This document shows positions 1 through 12,500 of a stretch of 64,000 nucleotides of DNA, in pieces. A program made the translations under genes and the position numbers. The notes under the pieces were generated by a model. The model saw nothing but the letters and a program-made list of their open reading frames with translations, ran no database searches and had not been told where the DNA came from. Position 1 is the stretch's first letter, and each line of letters starts with the position of its first letter. This DNA comes from Klebsormidium nitens (Eukaryota > Plantae > Klebsormidiophyceae): NCBI GenBank assembly GCA_000708835.1, contig DF237023.1:1-64000 (forward strand). The letters run 5' to 3'.

Positions 1-1005
1 CTGCGCATTTTGCCAACTTCTCATGTGCTTCGTACTCCTCTCGCATGCTATATCATAGCTCGAGGGGCCTTCAAACATGCTTCTCAATGCCCTCAACCAC
101 CTCGAAAAAACGGAATGCAAATCCATACATCAAGACATAGGGTTTTGAAATTGCTCCACTGTTGAATACCGTCTTACCACCTTAAATGCATTTGCAGACT
201 CTAGAGTGCGTGCCGCTCAGCTGAATGCCACCCCGCATTCCTCGGAACGGACGCATGGCCGCGTCAGCGAGCGGTTATTGAGGCGCACGCGCAGCATTCG
301 TCGGACAGGTCACGCCGAGTCCATACAGCCAATCACAGTCACGACTCGACGCACAGTCACTCCAACTGCTCGGAGCTGAATCCTTGGAGCCGCATTCAAT
401 GTGCATTATGCACAACAGCGACCGCGGTCTGGCTGTCACCAGTGAGATCAGCACAGACGGGCAACTTGAACTAAAGTCCAGGAAAGTGGGACATTTCGGG
501 AGGCGCCCAGGCACACGTACTGTATTTGATCAAGGTGCTGGGACAAGAATGTATCAAAAGCTGTCTCTCATCGGCAGTCTGAGTTTAGCAGCTGATCAAA
601 CTTGCAGGAGAGCTTGCATCACGATGGGCCCGCTCAGGGTTGGGACGTCCATTCCAGAATACTCACATTCGGGCGTAAGTAGCAGCTGTGGGCTTACGAA
701 TCTCCAATGAGACATGGCCAAGGGTTGTAAGACAGCAGTCAATCATCAAGCAGGCCGCTTGAGAGACGTCTGATCGCCATGTCGATTCTGCAAGTCGACA
801 CTTTGATTGAAGCTTGGTTCTGCCTTGGTCCGAGCGCGCTTCGCAATACTCCCCCCAGATTGAACAAAGGTGTTCCATCCACCACAGACATCGCCCCCTG
901 TTCAAGAAGTACTCTAACTCATGCCCCTCCTGGCGGCACCGAAAGGAAGGCTTAATAGCCTGCTTCCCATCCCCAGCTCGAGCTCAACTCAGACTCGCTC
1001 CCACC

Positions 1006-4000
1006 ATGCAGTATCCCCGTTGCGCCAACGTCTTGTGTGTCACTTTTTCCGCCCTCGCTTTTCTCCTTCTCAGCAGCTCCTTTGAATTGGCAGCTGCTCA
1101 ATCCATTTCGCCTCAGGCCTCATTGCGCTGCCAGGCTTCGCCTAGTGCCGCTGCGGCGGCCATGTCAGCAAACGTCAGCGCAAATGTGACGGTGTATAGC
1201 TTCCCCACTGGGGTGACAACCAACGTACGCGTGACAGTGACGTCAGTCCCTGGTTTGGGCCTGAGTTTTGAGGGGCAAGGAGCAGTGATTGACCCTATTG
1301 CGGGGACCAGTAAGCGCTAACTCTGAAGGTTACATTGGTGCTTTTATCTAGGGTGCAATAGGCAATGAAGTACTTGTAGTTGTTCAATCTCTTCATCTGC
1401 CCTCTCTTCAGTGTATCTTCTGAGTCGTCGTTTAGTGACAAGTAACAACTGGAGCAAGCCAGATTTCATTGTCATTACTCCTGTGCTGGCATAATGAGAC
1501 GCAAAGGGTATATTAGGTGGGCTGGACAGAATCGTCTGTAGCGACGAGCTTCCAGGTTGCACGCTTCCTCTTGTTTGCCTGGGCCATTGGTGAGCGTAGA
1601 GTCCCTCATCAAGGGAGAGGGGTTCAAAGGAGATTCCAGTCTCTCAACTCCTCTGCAAGGCTAGGATGACCTGATACTGGCCTTTGTTTGGAGTGTATTT
1701 ACATCCTGCAGCTATGAGAAGATAGAAATGTCTGATGATTCTACAATGCAGCAAGCAGGTGTGTGTGAGCGCTTACTCATGTCTGCTGGAAACATGCCCA
1801 GCGATAGGCCAAAACCAGAGAAGCTTGTTCAAGCCGACAGAGAATGCATCGGGATACCCCCCAATCTTGTAAGAGGAGCTTCCAGTCTACTTTAGCCATT
1901 TCTGGTCCCTCGGATTCCTCTCTTGATTTGTCATCTTCCCTCTTTGCATCTATGACTTCTTTGAGAGTCGGTCTCGCTCGCATGACAGCTTTGCAGCTGA
2001 AATACTCATGGTATAATTATATTTTCACCACCAGTTGCCATATCCTGGTTTTAACTAACATCACGCAGGTGCGTGGAGGCGGCAAATTAAAGCAATAGAT
2101 CGTCTTCCTCAAACGTTGGTTATGTATGCAAAGCAGAATACGTCACTCATCGTGCCCACAAAACCCCCAATCGCACCGTCCCCCATTGCAAAATTTTGAA
2201 GAGCTTCTGCAGAAGCTGATTAGGAAGTTCATGTTGCAGGTACAATAGACCGTGGAGTCATCATCATTCCGGAAACCGGAGTCGCTATGGAAGCATACGC
2301 TCCCTACGCCCAGGCAGTCGCCAGACAAGGATTCTGTGCGGCAATCCTAGAGACCAACACTAACCCAGGGATTGTGGTCTCGCTTATGTTAACCAAACCC
2401 ACTTTCAAGTACTGGGGTTTTGTGGGTCACGGAGATGGGGGCGTGTTAGCTGCAGACCTGGCTTATGTCCTGCAGCCCAAGGTTACGTTCATAACCCTGC
2501 TCGCAGCGCCCATAACCACGAACTTGTCCGCCCTTAACCTGGTAGTTGTGGCGGGTTATACCGCCGCAGACGAGACCTTCAACTCGACAGCTGTCCAAGA
2601 TTCTATCAGCAAGCTTCCGAGCGACGCTCTAGTTGTGAGCTATTCGAATCTGGGTCACTTCGACTTCGCAGACAGCAGTTGTAGTAGTAACTCGACGGTT
2701 GACAGCGGAACCCCTTCGCTAACCGACCTGGTTTCGCTGTCGTTAAACCGTGCAATCTGGCCGCAAGCGACGACCAACAGCTTGTCTTACTCGAACAAAA
2801 CCTTCCTCACACCCGGAAGCAACTCTTCCAAACCCTATCCGAATAACGCAACCTACACCGTAACCTTCTCGGCCGTTCCAATTCCGTCCACAGCTCCCCA
2901 GCGTTTCTGGTACGTATTCACACCCACGCCCATAGCCGGAAGCGCCAACGCCGTCAAAGCGGGGATAGCTTATTACACCGGGACATCCGTGGATACAAAA
3001 GCTTATTTCCAGATCGCTTTCGAGATGGCGGCGTATGGCTATGTGGTCGTTTTGATCGAGAACCCTTTGAGGGCCGCCGTTTTCTTCGACCTTGACGCGG
3101 CTGGTCAGCTGATCAACTCCACTAACCCAGCTTTTAACCCAGTGCCGAAAGGCGCATGGGTCGTTGGGGGCCACTCCGCAGGGGCTGTTGCGGCCTCACT
3201 TTACGCCTTCGAGTGAGTACAGTTCCTTTCTCCGACTGTCGAGCTGTCACTTCCTCCCGGTCTCTCTCTCAGGTAGCCTGAAGACCTTTTCAGCCTTTGA
3301 GTCAGGGCGACCAACTCACATCTGCAGTCGTCTGCGTTTTCGGTTCGTGAGCAAAGTCCTTCATGTTGAACACATCGGGGGGAAGGGTCACACAAGAACA
3401 TTGTGCCAGTCCTCCAGCATTTGGGCCCACCGCATCTTGATGTGTCCTGTCCTTGCCAACAGACTGTCAGGTCAACATGAAACAAGGTCGAAAGCAAGCT
3501 ACTTTCGAACACGAAGTCACGCTCACTTTATCACGTGCACAAAAATGGCAGCGACATGCCGAATGGAGTGGGTCACTTCCAACTTTCATTCAGAGAAAAG
3601 TTCTTTGAAGAACGAGTCTTGTAAGGCGTTCTCCAAGACAAACAAGTTCTGCCCCCTTAAATGCTTGCAAGCTGAAACGTGACACGCTTATGTAAAACCT
3701 TCTCTCTCGCCTCAAATTTTAACTCCGCGCCTGTCGTGGATTCTTCCCCCTAAGACAGACCCATCCCCCGGTTTGCTCCCCTCAGGTACCCCGCCACTGT
3801 GCGCGCGCTCGTAATGCACGCCGGGACTTTTCTACCGGGCACCAGCTTCGCCAACTCGAGCCTTCCGGTGCTCGGAGTTGTCGGGCAGCTCGACGGGACG
3901 CTTACCGTGAGCCTGGAAGAGGACGAGCGCTCCTTCTACGCGGACAGTACCAACAGCTCTGTGTCTAAGTTCGTGGTCGTGCCTGGGGCGAACCACGGTG

Positions 4001-4680
4001 AGACCCGCGACGGACGCAATTGCCTCCCGTTGGAAGAGATTTTGCAAGAGCTATCATGAGCAAGACAGTGAATCTTAACGCTTTTAGGAAAACTTCACGA
4101 ACCAAGAAAGATGGTCTCTGGGCGCGCAGTCGGGTCTCGCACCCCAAGCAACAAGCTGGCCGCCGAGCTTTTTCGGGAAGATATGGTTATCATCAAAATT
4201 GCATCTTCTGGACTTTGAGTCGTTTGGATTTGGCGGTCACGATGCTTGGTACTTTGACAACAAACCCGTCAAGACTACTCTGTCGGAATCAGGCAAAATC
4301 TCTCAAGTGTCGATTGATCGGCCGACGCTTCCTGGTCGTCCCCTCGAATTGGATCTAAAACGGCTTTTGTCGATATGGAAGAAGGCGGTAGCGACTACTC
4401 ACAGCATGCTGACAAAAGCTCCTCGTTCACAAACATTGACGCGGATTTTGCGAAGCACGACTTCTCTAAGTTTTCAATGGATTCCAAGACCGAGGTTGAA
4501 GATTTTGGCCTACGCCGTTGAATAGTCCTGACGACGACAAGCTGCAAACGCATATGCGCAGGTGGCACCGGGGACTACGGCCCCCAGCCTGGCGACAACT
4601 TTGCGACGATCTCAGGTGACGAGCAGAAGCGCACCTTCGCCGCTGTGACGGCCGCGTTTTTGGATCCGATCTTTACCTAG
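1006..4680 (+). CDS. Secreted protein with two tandem alpha/beta-hydrolase (Abhydrolase_5-like) domains, ~535 aa, 4 exons
   Basis: Exons 1006-1309, 2240-3212, 3786-3997, 4562-4680 join in frame through GT-AG introns (1608 nt). N-terminal hydrophobic signal MQYPRCANVLCVTFSALAFLLLSSSFELAAAQ. C-terminal domain has YYTGTSVDTKAY, VVGGHSAGA (nucleophile elbow), VGQLDG and PGANHGGTGDYGPQPGD (catalytic His motif). N-terminal domain has the degenerate equivalents FVGHGDGG and NLGHFDF. Confidence 0.8.
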
Positions 4681-6567
4681 CGAGACAGCGCTAGATTTAG
4701 CTTACTGGCCCTTTGACCCTGTCCTAAGGCGTGCTCATGAGCTTGCTGCTCATGATCAAAGGGAATTAATCGTTAACCTGAGAGCTGAGATTCATGTCAA
4801 AGGCTTCGAGATTCATAGGTATATATGACAAAGGGTAAATTTTGATACCCACAGGCTGAGAACGTTCTTAGGCACTCCGGACGTCACCGGGGTTCGACAA
4901 GAGGGGCCTTAAGCCTGCGAGCTTCCAGGATCGAATTCCACAGCTATACTTTAGGTGGGAATGAGGAGTCCGGTATTGTGTGTGTAATTTGAGAGGTAGC
5001 AGATTTACTGTGGTTTAAATCAGTCAACCTCCCTTTACAGTGATCAAATTCAGGTGCTTTTTGTGTGAAGATTTAGGGAGTAGTGTACCGCCAGATAGTA
5101 TTTGAACAGTGTATCTCCCTCCAGTGTGCCAGTTTGCATAAAATATCCGACCAGGATAGCGAGCAGTGTTCTTAGAGCCTTGGTTTTGGATAGATCAGAA
5201 TTCGTTGGAGCAATCAATCGCTTGTGGCATTCTAGCATTGAAACCTGTCCAAGACGGTAGCTATCATTTGTCGCTCACCCAAAGACGCTCGCGCTGCAGG
5301 ACGAGCTGTCCATGTGGCACATGACCCATGTGCCCGGCCCGATGACCCAACAAACAATACAAAAATTATCCCAAAAGAAAAGGTTATTCTGCCAGACCGT
5401 CATTAGTGCAGCCGCGTTGTTACCAAGTAGTCGTCACCCATTGAACGCATCGCATGAAAGTACCATGCTGCGTGCCACCATGGCGCCGCCGGTCCGATGC
5501 ACATGGATACTTCTCTTATAGCCCGTGCGAATCAAAGGCATGGGGCGGAGTGCGGGTACAGGGCATTGTTAGTGCTGTTCGCAAGGACATGTTCTTACAA
5601 CTTCTTCTCGACAACTACGGACCTAGCAACCAAGGACCCGTTACTGCATGTGCACTATCTAATTGCCGTGAAGCGGCCGGCGTTCGAGTTCCCATCGATA
5701 AGATGAAAACTAATACCGTCACTGCGGCGGCTACTCAGGACGGTGTTTCTATGCTCGGGTCTTCGGTCAGGTCCGGCCCGTCGTTCTCGGGGAAGCGTCG
5801 TGTGGCATATCCATGCTAGTACCCTGGACGCATCTCAAACTTAATAAAGTAGACTCGGCGAATCATGCGCCCCATCTTGACTCAGGCGCATTGCGCGCCG
5901 CATGCATGGCATTTATAAGCAACTTTATAAGTTACTGCCCATAACCGACCATGTTTCAAGCCTATAATCGCGCGGCATGTTCAAGTTTCCGAACATGGAA
6001 GTTCCTACTTGGCGATCGCTGCCGCCGTCGACGGCAGCCCCGGCCGCGAGCCCTCATGCAAGGCATGTACAGCATGGGAATTAGATCGGTATGTGCTAGC
6101 AACTTCACGCGGCCGACTCGATCACCCTGCATGCGTGGCAATCAATCAAGCGATAGTACCAGGCCGCGGCGCGGGCATGTGCACCACGGGCGAGCTGCCT
6201 CGATTTATAACGTGCAAATGTGCATGGCCGCGGTCTGACACGTACGGCAGTACTGAATCACTGCTGAATCTGATATATGCAGGCCGCAGCGCGTATGAAT
6301 CATTGGCGGCGCCGTCATGCTATGGTTGCATCTGAACTGGCTATGTACGTCGGTGTGATCGCGAATACATATTTAAGCTCTGTGTTTAGGCGCAATCTTC
6401 AACCTTCGACCGTGCGCGTAGTCGGGTTGCCATGTGCATACCAAGAGCAATGACTGTGTAACACGCATAGTTGGTCAAAGTAGTCGCCGCCTCTTTGCAT
6501 TGAACCTCAACAATGAGCGTCCATCGTTGAAGGAGCCAGCTTGTGGGGACTGAAAAGTGATCAATTT

Positions 6568-9500
6568 TCAAGTTTGACTCTTCCTCCATCGAACAACTAC
6601 GAACGCCGTAATCCCAACGACGGAAGCTATGCCTAGGGTCCAGGCAACAGCCGTGCCTCGACTTCCCTGGAGTCCAAGGGCCTCGCCCGTTGCCACGCAA
6701 AGGAGTCGTACGCTGGTAGTCGTACTCGTGCTCTCCTCTTGAAACTTTTCCACGTGAAAATCCTGTCATGTCACAACGCATTCATTTAGAACGGTGTTCA
6801 CATGGCCCACGTGCTCCAAGGAGTTTTTGGCTTATTTTCCTAACCGGACATTACGAAAGCCGAAATGTCAGATGGACGACACGAAAATGGAGACACAAAG
6901 AGATTGCATGTGAGGGAAGAGCGAATCGGACTTGGCGGAGGTCCTTCTTAGATAGAAGAAGTCAGGAGCACGCTGAACGAACGCTTGTTAGATTTTTCGG
7001 CTTTTTCAGCCAAGCCTTCATCACGGGCCAAATCCTCGCCTTGGACAAGATGGTTCGCAAGTAGTCATCCAAGCAAAGTTCCAGTATGATACCGGGTCCA
7101 ACCGTTTATATGAGCTTTTGACCAGGCCGTTCCTTAAACCCTTACGAACTTCACAGCCCAAGCCCACAATCAGACTCAGATTTCAGCCCAAACTATGAGA
7201 CACGCCTCACCTCCGGCAATTTCCCCAGTTTTTCGAGCCGCCCCACGTGCAGCAACACGTTCCCCGCCGCTATAGACCACAGATATTTGGGCGTGTCGCT
7301 GTAGGCCGTCCGCAAGACGTCCAGCATCGTCCGAGCGCCCCCCTGCGAATGCAGACCGGCGCCAAATCTCGTCAGGCAAGTCAAAGACGTGCCAGTAAGC
7401 TTCTGCTGCAAGAGCCGTCGCCCTCGAGAGCTTGGTCAACGGGTTGGTCAACGGGCGCTTGTCTCTGCTAGGTTGAATTACCGTGGAAGCAGATAAAGGC
7501 GTCATCAGCGGTGCAGAGGGACTTAACTTTGAAACCTGAATTGGAAGAGCTCATTGACGGGCTTGTGTGCGCTTCACAGCCCTCAGAACGCAAAGGTGTT
7601 TTTGCAAGCACATGAATCTCGGCTTCGTCTCGAACTGAAATGAAGCCCCAGGCGCCATAGCAGGACAACATAGGCAACCGGGCAGCCTTGAAGCACAATG
7701 AAACCTTCAGCCGCGAGTGCGGAGCTTTCAACATGCACCGCTGAGCCGTTAAAACCCGGAATATTTGAACGCACAGGACATGCAAAATGAGGTCGACAAT
7801 TCTTCCCACCTGGATAACCTGGGAAATTTTGTCCTCCCGCTTTTGCCGGTGCTCCTTATACTGCCGCAGCATGGCACGCGGCGTGAACGACGGCCGACCG
7901 TGCATCAGGACCAGCAACCGGGGGCGCAGCTCCTGGAAGCGCTCCGTGGTGTCAAAGTACTCCTGCGACCGGGAAACAGAGTTTGAGAATGTGGGCTTCT
8001 TTCATTTTGTGGATGGACGAATCGGATCCCAGTATAAGAGTCCCGCTTTCGTCGAAGTTGTAACTGCAACCAAATGCTCTTACGCGTCGATTACTCTTCG
8101 CTGCTCGAACGTCGACGTCGTCTCGGATTAGCAACTTGAGATCTCAGTATTCGTAAGGGAAACGGCGGACTCTCGAGAGAAAGGAGGGGCGATAATTGCT
8201 CAATCATAAGCTGTCACAAGCATAAACGTATATGTGCAGCAGGCTTCAGTAGAATGTTGGTTCGCACACTTCGAGAGAAGAGCGAAAGAAGCATACATGT
8301 CGGAAACCTTACCTGCATGTCAGCGCCCGCATTCGCGTCCAAAACCGCGGACCCATGCCTGCAAGTGACACAAGCACTCTTCTTGGTTGTATTTATATTT
8401 CAGTATCTCTGTTTCTCTGTTCATTCCCTTCGTTTACTACTCGTTTGCTACCGCAGATTTGGCCTTGCTGAAGTCATCCTGAATTGCTCGGTGACTGTCT
8501 GCGCTTTTCTGGTATCAGTACGACCATCTTGCGGCTTGCCGGCAGGAACAAAACAGCCTAAAGAAGATGACGGCAGAGGGCACCGTAAACAGAATGGAAG
8601 GTGAGAACATTCAAGACGTCTGGAAATGACGGCCGTATGACACAGTCCAGCCAATCTGCTTCGGTTGCGCTTCGTTTACATCGATACAGATTAGAAGCCC
8701 GCTTCGCATAACCACCTGCCTTTCCGTCTAATTTTCTAACATTTGGCCGTAGCAAAGTCGAATGGGTGTCGCCTAAAATCACTCCTGAAAGGCGCCCCAC
8801 TTGGCATGACGTCAGCGCAGAGAACAGGCGAAACGGGGCTGTCACCCAACGCAGTAATTGCCTGCAATCAGCATGACGTCAGCGAGCAAAAAAGACAAAA
8901 AGCGGACCTTACCCGGGACGCAGTGGTCACCTGCAATCAGCATGACGTCAGCGAACATGATAGACAAAGGCGTGGACCTTACCCGACGCAGTGGTCGCCT
9001 GCGATGAGCATGCGGCTCGGCGCGTGGAAGAGCGCGAGGTGGCCGTCGGTATGCCCCGGGGCGGACACCACCAGAATGTCCTGCCCGGCAATCGCGAGAA
9101 CGTCGCCGCCCGCAACTGGGTGCCGCCGCAACGCAGGAGCGACTGGACCGGAAAAGTATTTTATGGTGAGTAATGTGGAAGTTGAGTGTCATAGAAGCGC
9201 GCGAGGTGGGAGCGATTGAACCGGGGGTGAGTGAATGAGTGATAGACGACCGCATGCCGTCATGGCATGGTAACAACTAGACGGGCAGAAAGTGGAGAAC
9301 GATGAGACTTCGAATCTTCTGTTGAGAATTGAGAAAGACGTTGGATGCTATCGGGATTCTAGCAAGCGGCTTCGGTTCATCTAATTTGTCCAGAAGAAAC
9401 AGGAAAACGAAGAGTAACATCGGTTCATGCCGGCTTCGCCTCAGTCAAGTCCGGGCAACGCCAATTAGGAAGGGTGAAAGAATGGGGAGGGAAAGGGGCC

Positions 9501-12500
9501 GAAGAATGTGGAAAGAGGAGGACGAAAAATAGTGCGTGCGCCTGCACTGCAGAGCGGTCGGCTAAAAGCTTCGGCAATAACGTGCGACGCGCGGCTTCGT
9601 GGTGAACTGGCACGCGTAGTAATGAGCAGACAGGACAGTATGATTAGGGGGACAAAAAAATGGAAGTTTGGAGAGTCTGCTGGGGCAGGCTATTCCGCGG
9701 ACAGCGGAGCAGCATACAATCGGAAATGACGAAGACAAGAGCGGGCAATCTAAACATGTCCATGGTTAAACGAATCGGGCTGGTGATAAGAGTCTGGTTG
9801 GGGGCGAAACCCTGGGCTCGTCGACCAATGACTGATCGCGAAGCTCCGGGTCAAAATCCTTACTTCCGCCAAGGCATAAGTCAATAGCAATCCCTGGTTT
9901 CGGTCTCAAGATTGCTATTTCTCCTTGAACCCGCTCAGGCAGGAAGAGTAAGGCTCGCCTCACCTGTTTCGATGCGCACCAGCGTTTTCATGTGCCCCAC
10001 CACGAGCGCATCCGGACAGTGTCGCTCTACAACGCTCAGCGCTGCAGATGAAAGCGCATACAAGTATAAGACTCCTCCTGGTGCAGTAGCAACCGGCGAC
10101 GACCTACTCGTTTTTCCATTTATCATTTTCTCTATCAGTATAAGCCCCTGAAACCTTCAGGTGCGTTAAAGCTCTATAATGCAAGAACTGCCTGTTCTTT
10201 TGAACCGGTGACGCTTCTGGAGCGCAGCAAAGCTACTGTGCTCTGAGGGTTGGAGTTGCGAAAAACTGCTGTATGACTTCCAATTCGCAACGAAACTAAC
10301 TACCCGCTGGAGGCCCTCGAGATTGTCCAACGGTACTGGGTTTTCTCGGCCAAATCTCGCACTTAATCATGAACAAGTCTCACTTCACAACGAGACAGGT
10401 ATCCTCGTCGTAATGACTATGCAGCTATTCGATAAAGGCGTTTACTATCAGGACCGTAAGGCTCTGATTTGTCCAACAACAATCGAACAAGAACGTATAA
10501 CCGTTGCGCTGCCTTCGCCGACAACTCAATATCTGGTTCTAACAACGATGCTCAAATGGGTAAAAGGTGCTCGGCCTGTACTCTGTATCAGAAACCTTGC
10601 GGCAAAAAGAAAGGCGATACTCACCATTTACGTGATCGATGTGGTGGTGCGTTATGAACACGACTGGAGGGCCCGGCAGGTTTTCGACTACCTTCCGCAT
10701 CTGGACGAGAAAGACCGAACCTGTCAGCTAGCACGCAGACTTACCTGACGACGAGAAAATCTGTTTCTGACGAGTCTTGGAGAAGCACCGCTCAACCATT
10801 TGACTGCGTTACGCACTCGTGAGTGCAACGTTCGGCTGGAATACTAGAATATGCAATGAGCTTCTTTTTGCGTGAGAGTTAAGTCACGGGTTCTACTGTC
10901 AGCAAAGTGGTTGACCTACGTGACAGCAAAGCTCAGCCTGGTATATGCATTCTATCCTGCCTGGAAACGGGTCATCTGGCGGTATACGATGAGAGAAAGC
11001 ATTGTGGTCACTCTGCAAAGAGCGGCGCAACAGCATCCAAAGGGCCCCTACTTCTAAGACGCATCTTTGCACAAGGCTCCGCTCTCATTCGGCCCCCGTC
11101 CATCACCTGTTTCCGTCCTTCCAGGTCGGTCTTGCCCCCTGGGTCCACCAGCAAACACGTGCCCCGTATTCTCGCCCCCTCGTGCCGTTTCTCGCCCGCA
11201 TGTCTCAGACTCTCCGCCTTTTCCTGCCGCCTCTTTTCCGCCTCTTGAGCCCTCTTCTCCTTCGCTGCTGCCGGCAACTTCCTCAGGGGGTCGAAACGGC
11301 CGCGGTTCGTCCCCCCCGCTGGAGGCTCTTCCTTGATCTCCGGGCGCGAAGCTGCTTTCTCCTTGCCCTTCGGAAGAGGTGGCTTCGACTTTGCCTTGCT
11401 CTGACCCGTTGCCCCACTTTCGCCCTTCACTCCGCTCCCAGATGCTTCGCCTGTCCTACCACTAGTTGAGTCTGTGTCCTTTTCAGAGGGCTCCGTTTCC
11501 TGCCCTTGTGTCCCCTCTCGTCGGTCATCATCTTCTATCTTAATCTTCGCTGCCTCTCCTTCGATCTTATAAGCGGATGCGGGGGCATAAGCTACAAGAG
11601 TGGTGGACTTGAAAGGGGGTAACGTCGAACTTCTGAGGGGAAGGAGAAGAAAACCAGGGGGATATTCCATAGCCCCTTCAATGTCCCCTAGTTTTGCCGG
11701 GTGCAAGCTGGAGACGACAGGTTGGTTGCTCAAAAGGATGTGCAGTGCCAGGGGGCCAATCATTGGGAAGGCGCGATCGGAGCCCTCGGACAGCCATTTC
11801 ATGGCGCGCTTCTGCGTGACCATCATGACGCTCTGCTTGTCTGCAAAGAATTACGAGGGCCACGTCAGCGGCTAACGGGGGTCAGACGGTAAGGAGGACA
11901 ACATGTGCCACCGTGGAGAGTGATCAAAATTGGCAGATGCAGACACGCTGAATGAGAGAGATTATCGAGGACAGGAGTGCGAGACATTCTAGGCTTGTTC
12001 GTACCGGGCTCGGTGGTTCTTCATGCACCCAAGAAGACTGGATAATACCATCGCAAAGAAGCAACAATAATACGGTAAGCACCAGTGGCGTTCAACAAAA
12101 AACCCCGCAATATCTGGCAGCAGAAGAGATGTTATTCTCCTCCAACAAGAGGAAATCGTAAGATCCGAGTCAAAGCAGAAGAGGTTTGCAGTGCAAATTC
12201 GTTCCCCGCTTTATCTCTAATATTCTGGCCAAAGCTCGATGATGAAAAGGTATCAAGCCGGGACTTCTCACCCAGCTTGTCAAAGTCTGCCTCCACATTC
12301 GCCTTGATCACAGCAGTCTGCATCGGTTCCCGGGGCCCAAAGTCCGGCTCCACAATGAGCTTCAAGGGCTGAAACGTGACTCGGCCAGGGTAGAGCTTCT
12401 TCGCCAGCTCATCCATCATCTGCACTTGCACGCCAGAGAGATGTGTAAGAGATGCATTACTGCATGATCTATCAGAGCAAATACAAGCGCCTCTTCTAAG

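Noticed and set aside
1-1005. ORFs 275-514, 384-710, 663-905 and the upstream part of 814-1320
   Set aside because: No recognisable domains. The credible start is ATG 1006 (ccaccATG, followed by a signal peptide).
4700-5850. Possible transposon or small gene (ORFs 5312-5521, 5454-5819, 5497-5706)
   Set aside because: No transposase/RT motifs, terminal repeats or homology recognised; the ORFs are short and overlapping.
8844-9011. Repeat arrays resembling CRISPR or mutually exclusive exon clusters
   Set aside because: The context is eukaryotic, the repeats are diverged exon copies, and there are no cas genes. Most echoes have only one splice site or run into stops or frameshifts, so they are not complete alternative exons.
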